In this document: piece by piece, positions 59,569-64,000 of the stretch | How positions within the stretch are numbered: the first letter of the stretch is position 1 | Layout: each line of letters begins with the position of its first letter | DNA from: an uncultured Desulfovibrionaceae bacterium | Lineage (GTDB): Bacteria; Bacillota; Dethiobacteria; DTU022; UBA8154 | Direction of reading: 5' to 3' | Assembly: GCA_964603615.1 (NCBI GenBank) | Contig: CAZRVU010000006.1 | Span: 12,249 to 76,248 of the forward strand | Length of the DNA stretch: 64,000 nt | The notes under the pieces: generated by a model | The model's input: the letters and a program-made list of their open reading frames with translations, nothing else | The model's database searches: none | What the model was told of the DNA's origin: nothing | Program-made: the position numbers and the translations under genes

Positions 59569-59770
59569 TTTTTAGCCCCCATTCATGTTGGTTCATTTGA
59601 TATCTTTTCTACCCTGCTTCGCTTTTTAATGCACTTCAGATTATGCCCTTTTTTTTAAGTTGTAAACATATGTAAGTACTACTTTAAACTTCAAATCTGC
59701 ATCTGTCAATATTATCAAGTTAACCTGTTTTAAAAAAGCGATCGACTTAATAGCAAAACCGGAACAAGGA

Positions 59771-59795
59771 GGGCGCTGTGAAACTCACAGCGCCC
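59771..59795. terminator. Hairpin downstream of spoVS
   Basis: GGGCGCTGTG-AAACT-CACAGCGCCC. Confidence 0.55.
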
Positions 59796-59834
59796 GCTTT
59801 ATAGTAACAAAAGATTATAATAACCGTTCCATCC

Positions 59835-60098
59835 TTAACGTAGCCCAACTATTAATTTTATTGCCGTTCTTTCTTCACCGTCAATTTGTATATCAACAAA
59901 AGCTGGAACACAAACAAGATTTACCCCGCTGGGTGCTACAAATCCCCTGGAGATGGCTACTGCTTTTATAGCCTGGTTAACTGCTCCGGCTCCAATAGCT
60001 TGTATTTCAGCTTTTCCCCTTTCCCTTATCACTCCTGCTAAAGCACCGGCCACAGAATTCGGATTGGACTTTGACGAAACCTTTAATATTTCTAAAAT
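59835..60098 (-). CDS. spoVS: Stage V sporulation protein S with a probable non-canonical ATT start
   Basis: The frame extends upstream of the called GTG: ATT TTA GAA ATA TTA AAG GTT TCG TCA AAG TCC AAT CCG AAT TCT GTG = (M)LEILKVSSKSNPNSVAGALAGVIRE...; SD GGGAGG 8 nt upstream. Confidence 0.9.
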   Translation of the reverse strand: MLEILKVSSKSNPNSVAGALAGVIRERGKAEIQAIGAGAVNQAIKAVAISRGFVAPSGVNLVCVPAFVDIQIDGEERTAIKLIVGLR

Positions 60099-60469
60099 TT
60101 TTAGCGCCTCCCTTTAATAACATATTTGCAAAATAATGGCTTACTAATATTTTTATTGAAGCTTTTTCTGTATCTCGTCTATCTCCCTTAACCTTCCTTT
60201 CTAGTTATTATTTGTAGATACTGCTAAAGAAGAGCTGTTACATAGTTCATTATTATTAACAATTCCACAATATTATGTATATTCCTTCTTTTCTGACGTA
60301 TGAAATTTGCTTTCTTTGATATTTATTTATATGTCGTGTTCTAATTATCCTTAAAAATACCGTAAATCAAAATACAAAATAAAGGTGCCGGCCCATTCAT
60401 ATTTGAAAAATAAAAAGTGGCCACCAAGGGGTCACTAAAACAGGATGTTATCGGTTTCCTAAAAAGCGT

Positions 60470-60502
60470 AAAGGCCGTGAGATATGATTCTCACGGCCTT
60501 TT
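60470..60502. terminator. Intrinsic terminator downstream of tRNA-Trp
   Basis: AAAGGCCGTGAGA-TATGAT-TCTCACGGCCTTTT. Confidence 0.75.
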
Positions 60503-60505
60503 GTG

Positions 60506-60581
60506 TGGCAGGGGAGACAGGACTTGAACCCGCAGCCTGCGGTTTTGGAGACCGCTGCTCTGCCAGTTGAGCTACTCCCCT
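60506..60581 (-). tRNA. tRNA-Trp(CCA)
   Basis: Anticodon arm GCGGT-CTCCAAA-ACCGC, GGTTCAAGTCC, CCA; promoter TTGACA-17-TAAAAT at 60620-60592. Confidence 0.96.
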
Positions 60582-60770
60582 TCGTGACATTATTTTAGCT
60601 TAACGTCCTGTTTTTGTCAAGTTGCCGGTCGCTATAATTATTGTATTAAAATATGTAATTTTTGTTTTATAACTATTCAGGGGCCAGGCACAAACTGTAT
60701 TTCTTTAAGCAGGTAAATGTTTTATTTCCGGGGCAATCGCAGGAAATGACATTTATCACCATCCATGCGC

Positions 60771-60799
60771 TGGACAGGTTAGTTTTCTGATGCTATACT
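60771..60799 (+). promoter_or_regulatory. Sigma-A promoter upstream of the tandem repeat and nitrilase gene
   Basis: TGGACA-17-TATACT with TG extension; palindrome TACTGCAGTA at 60796-60805. Confidence 0.65.
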
Positions 60800-60814
60800 G
60801 CAGTAATGGTCAAT

Positions 60815-61000
60815 GTGTAACAGCTAGAACATAAGGATAGCTCGTCATCGAAATGTAAGCGGGCATATTTGAGCAGGGATGGAGTGTAACGACCAGCTAG
60901 AGCACAAGGATAGCTCGTCGTCGAAATGTAAGCGGGTATATTTGAGCAGGGATGGAGTGTAACGACCAACTAAAGCATAAGGATAGCCCGTCGTTGAAAC
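60815..61000 (+). repeat. Non-coding tandem repeat, about 2.5 x 73 bp
   Basis: Units 60821-60893 and 60894-60966 (69/73 identical), partial unit 60967-61000 (28/34), plus a GTGTAA remnant at 60815-60820. Confidence 0.95.
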
Positions 61001-61119
61001 ATTAGCTGTCCTAGCAGGATTGTTTGGAAAACATCATAAATAATTTTATGAAAGGAGGCAGGGCGATTTCTTTTCCTAGCCCCAACCCAGGGGCCGGGGA
61101 TCAAAGTCGCTTATTTTTC

Positions 61120-61857
61120 ATGAAATTGGCCGTGTGCCAGATGGCACTAAGCAATAATCTGGATAATAATGCCGCCCAAATCCTACGTTTTATGGAAAAA
61201 GCGGCCGCGCAAGAGGTCAAGCTGATTTGCTTTCCCGAGATGTCTTTAACGGGGTACTCTTCAGAGCTACTTTCCAGTCTGGAGCTAAATTTAATTGTGG
61301 GAAAGGTGCAACAGCAAATTGAAGAAAAATGCAATGAGTTACAGCTAGGCGCCGTCATCGGGTATGGTTACCGGAAAGGTGACAACCTTTTTAACAGGGC
61401 GGGAGCTATCCTACCCGGATCCAAGGGGATACAATTTACATACGATAAAAATTATCTAACAAAAATTGAAGAAAAATATTTTCAGCCCGGCCTAGGAACC
61501 CTTGTTTTTCCTTATCAGGGCACTAAGATTGGGATTATCATCTGCCGTGACCAAAATTATCCCCTTTTAACCAAAAAACTAAGGGATGAAGGTGCTGAAT
61601 ACATTTTTATCCTCGCCGCTCATTATTATAATTCCAAAGAAGCGCGCTGGAAGTTGGATAAAAACAAGGCAATTCCCATTACCAGGGCTGTGGAAAACAA
61701 GGTCTATGTTTTGCTGTCAAACACAGTCGGCACTCACCTGGGGATGATTAGCCTTGGCAACAGCTTAATTGCGGATCCGGAGGGCGCTGTCGTCGTGGCA
61801 GCCGATGAATGTCAGGAAGGCTTGCTGTTGCTTTCCACCGGCTATACTTTTCCTTAG
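61120..61857 (+). CDS. Carbon-nitrogen hydrolase (nitrilase superfamily); start uncertain (61048 ATG, 61066 ATT or 61120 ATG)
   Basis: MKLAVCQM, ICFPEMSLTGY (Glu), YDKNYL..IE (Lys), IIICRDQNYP (Cys), GNSLIADPEG. Confidence 0.9.
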   Translation: MKLAVCQMALSNNLDNNAAQILRFMEKAAAQEVKLICFPEMSLTGYSSELLSSLELNLIVGKVQQQIEEKCNELQLGAVIGYGYRKGDNLFNRAGAILPGSKGIQFTYDKNYLTKIEEKYFQPGLGTLVFPYQGTKIGIIICRDQNYPLLTKKLRDEGAEYIFILAAHYYNSKEARWKLDKNKAIPITRAVENKVYVLLSNTVGTHLGMISLGNSLIADPEGAVVVAADECQEGLLLLSTGYTFP

Positions 61858-61927
61858 TCCCTGTCTTGATGCAACAAAATAGGCATTGGGGATAATATTA
61901 GAAAAATACACTTCCTTTTTTACCGAA

Positions 61928-62704
61928 TCAAAACCTAATTTCAAAAGTATGGTTAAACTGTTCCACGACTGCCAATAAATCCGGCGTCAACAATTCCTTG
62001 ATTTTTTTTAATATAAAAAGGGGGATTTTTTTATAGTAAGCCTGGGCAATGCCCCCGGTGATACAAGCAATCGTGTCGCTATCTCCCCCCAAAGAAATCG
62101 CTTTGCGGATGGCATCTTCGTAATCCGTGGATTCCAAAAAAGCCCGGACGGCCTGCGGCACGGAACCCTGGCAGGTCACATCAAAGCTGTAGTGTGGGCG
62201 GATCTCATCCAATGTTTGTTCCAGATCATAGCCGGAGAATTCTGCAAGATATTGCTTGATTTCTTTCTTGCTTGTCCCCTGCCGGGCCATAAAAACTGCA
62301 GCCGCCGTAACCTGGGCTCCTTTAATTCCTTCGGGATGGTTATGAGTCACCTCCGCACTGCGTTTGGCCTCCTTCAGTACTGTTTCCAGGGTGTCACTGG
62401 CAAAACCAACCGGGCTGACGCGCATAGCCGCGCCATTTCCGAAACTGCAGTAAGGTGAGAAGCTATCGGAGAAAAGCCATTTATAAAATGACTTCCCGTA
62501 GCCGGCACGAGGAAAACGCCGTCCATAAGTTTTGAAAGTCGTGGCATAATCCTCGCCTTTTAAAATACATTCTGCCACAGCTACAGTTAAAACCGTATCA
62601 TCGGTAAATGTGGACCCGGAAGCAAACATTTCAAAATCTGTGCTTTTTACGTTTTGCCATTCGTAAACCGAGCCGATAATATCCCCGGCTATCGCGCCGA
62701 ACAT
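61928..62704 (-). CDS. ADP-ribosylglycohydrolase family protein (start at ATG 62704)
   Basis: GAIAGDIIGS.YE, FTDDTVLT, SFGNGAAMRVSP, THNHPEG, GGDSDTIACITG. Confidence 0.93.
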   Translation of the reverse strand: MFGAIAGDIIGSVYEWQNVKSTDFEMFASGSTFTDDTVLTVAVAECILKGEDYATTFKTYGRRFPRAGYGKSFYKWLFSDSFSPYCSFGNGAAMRVSPVGFASDTLETVLKEAKRSAEVTHNHPEGIKGAQVTAAAVFMARQGTSKKEIKQYLAEFSGYDLEQTLDEIRPHYSFDVTCQGSVPQAVRAFLESTDYEDAIRKAISLGGDSDTIACITGGIAQAYYKKIPLFILKKIKELLTPDLLAVVEQFNHTFEIRF

Positions 62705-62739
62705 ATAATACCCTCCCCCCGTTTTACCCAAATACCCTA

Positions 62740-63336
62740 CTATTCGTCCAGGTATCCCTTTTCCAAAGCTTTTTGGATCAATTCCCGGGCATAATTCCAG
62801 AGCACGGCTGAACCATCAGCGATAGTTTTATTGCGAAACATAATCTGTTCGCTGGTGATCCCATGTTCCAGCCATGATTTACCTTTTGTTACATAATTAT
62901 GCAGCAATGGTTGAAACCTATCGAGAGCAGCGGCAAAACCTGCTTCAGGTGTTTGGCGTTGTTCAAATTCCTCCCATAGTTCTTTAAATTCCAGTGCCTG
63001 ATCCTTGGGTAAGAGTCCAAAAAGCCTTTGTGCCGCTTTTTGTTCCCGGGCGGCACTGGCAACCCGCAATTCCTGATCATAACAGTAGGTATCGCCGGCA
63101 TCGATTTCGACAATGTCGTGTATTAGAACCATTTTTAAAACGCGCGTTACGTCCAAATCCTGATGTAAGGCATGCTCTGCAAGCAAAATACTCATCAGAG
63201 CCAGATGCCAGGAATGTTCGGCATCATTTTCCTTTCTAAGGCCATCCGTCAAATACGTCTGCCTGTATACTTGTTTGAGCTTATCAATTTCCACGATGAA
63301 TTCTAACTGTTGTCTGAAGCGATCCGTCATCATCAA
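62740..63336 (-). CDS. HD domain hydrolase (YfbR/YGK1-like 5'-deoxynucleotidase family)
   Basis: KLKQVYRQT, ENDAEHSWHLA, LIHDIVEIDAGD, LWEEFE...TPEA.FA.ALDR. Confidence 0.88.
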   Translation of the reverse strand: MMMTDRFRQQLEFIVEIDKLKQVYRQTYLTDGLRKENDAEHSWHLALMSILLAEHALHQDLDVTRVLKMVLIHDIVEIDAGDTYCYDQELRVASAAREQKAAQRLFGLLPKDQALEFKELWEEFEQRQTPEAGFAAALDRFQPLLHNYVTKGKSWLEHGITSEQIMFRNKTIADGSAVLWNYARELIQKALEKGYLDE

Positions 63337-63475
63337 AGGCCTTCCCTCAGCAGGTATTCACTTCAAGCAGGTTTTCATCCAGGACCAGCCAGGTAATAAT
63401 CATACCCTGACCGCAAGAAATTCTACAGTTTGGTACCGGTCCTTGAATTGTTACCCGGGTTTCGTACAGGCCCGC

Positions 63476-64000
63476 TTATTTCTTTACTTTCAATTTTTTA
63501 ATAGCCTGTTCCAAACCTTCCACGGTCAGTTCATACATGGGGAAAATTTCTTTTATCCGGGCAATGGTATAAGCACCCTCTGTCCAATCCCAATATTCAC
63601 TTAAAATGGGATTGAGCCAGACGGCGTGGTGAAAATGCGCTGCAATGCGCTGCAACCACAGTATCCCCGGTTCGCTATTAGTCATATTCCAATCGATAAT
63701 GCCATTGATCATCAATAGTTCGCTGGGCGCCATGCTAGCATCACCGACAAGGATCAGCTTGTAATCTGATTCAAGCAGATTTAAAAATAATTCTGTTTTA
63801 ATGGCATTGCTTTGCCGGTAAAAAGGATCCAAGTAAATATAATCGTAGATACAGTTATGAAAATAGAAAAAGCGTAGATCTTTAAAATGGCTAGCCCTGT
63901 TCAAAGCGGTGAAAAGCTGGCTGCAAAGGCGGATATAAGGGTTCATTGATCCGCCGGAATCCATTAAAAGAATAACCTTTACCGTATTTTTACGCGATCG
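63476..64000 (-). CDS. VWA domain (CoxE-like) protein, C-terminal part; 5' end lies outside the window
   Basis: The frame is open to the window edge: RSRKNTVKVILLMDSGGSMNPY, FYFHNCIYD, LILVGDASMAPSEL, WLNP. Confidence 0.85.
   Translation of the reverse strand, partial: RSRKNTVKVILLMDSGGSMNPYIRLCSQLFTALNRASHFKDLRFFYFHNCIYDYIYLDPFYRQSNAIKTELFLNLLESDYKLILVGDASMAPSELLMINGIIDWNMTNSEPGILWLQRIAAHFHHAVWLNPILSEYWDWTEGAYTIARIKEIFPMYELTVEGLEQAIKKLKVKK

Noticed and set aside
60815-61000. CRISPR array or type III toxin-antitoxin locus
   Set aside because: The units are contiguous with no unique spacers and no cas genes are present. The downstream ORF has the nitrilase Glu-Lys-Cys triad, not a ToxN/CptN/TenpN-like RNase.
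63337-63478. Open frame continuing after the VWA gene TAA (AGLYETRVTIQG...NTC)
   Set aside because: There is no start or RBS, no recognisable homology, and UAA recoding has no support.

Overview
A 64 kb chromosomal window from a moderately low-GC, spore-forming Bacillota (clostridia-like; lineage inferred from gene content only). Most genes are on the minus strand. The backbone is the conserved Firmicutes block spoIIP / hrcA-grpE-dnaK-dnaJ-rsmE-mtaB / hinT-rpsU-nfeD-floA-yqfCD-phoH-pgpH-ybeY-dgkA-cdd-recO-(T-box)-glyQS-ppsR-ppdK. It is followed by iscSU, rtcB-surE, a SAM by-product salvage operon (ahcY-mtaP-mtnA-aldolase-mtaD), a selenium-metabolism cluster, six tRNAs, speDE/ndk and small accessory genes. 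The ORF track misses several things. (1) Two inverted copies of a 226-bp MITE-like element, each with its own target-site duplication, bracket an accessory block (TetR + 4-hydroxybenzoyl-CoA-reductase-like Mo enzyme + katG + selU). (2) A glutaredoxin-like gene probably reads through UGA as selenocysteine (CPHC...GLG-U-GV-stop). (3) About 2.5 tandem copies of a structured 73-bp unit lie between a strong promoter and a nitrilase-family gene. (4) spoVS has no canonical start codon (probable ATT start). (5) A DUF4342-like gene carries a single in-frame TAA. No transposase, integrase, rRNA or CRISPR array was seen. All family calls come from motif recognition by eye, not database searches.
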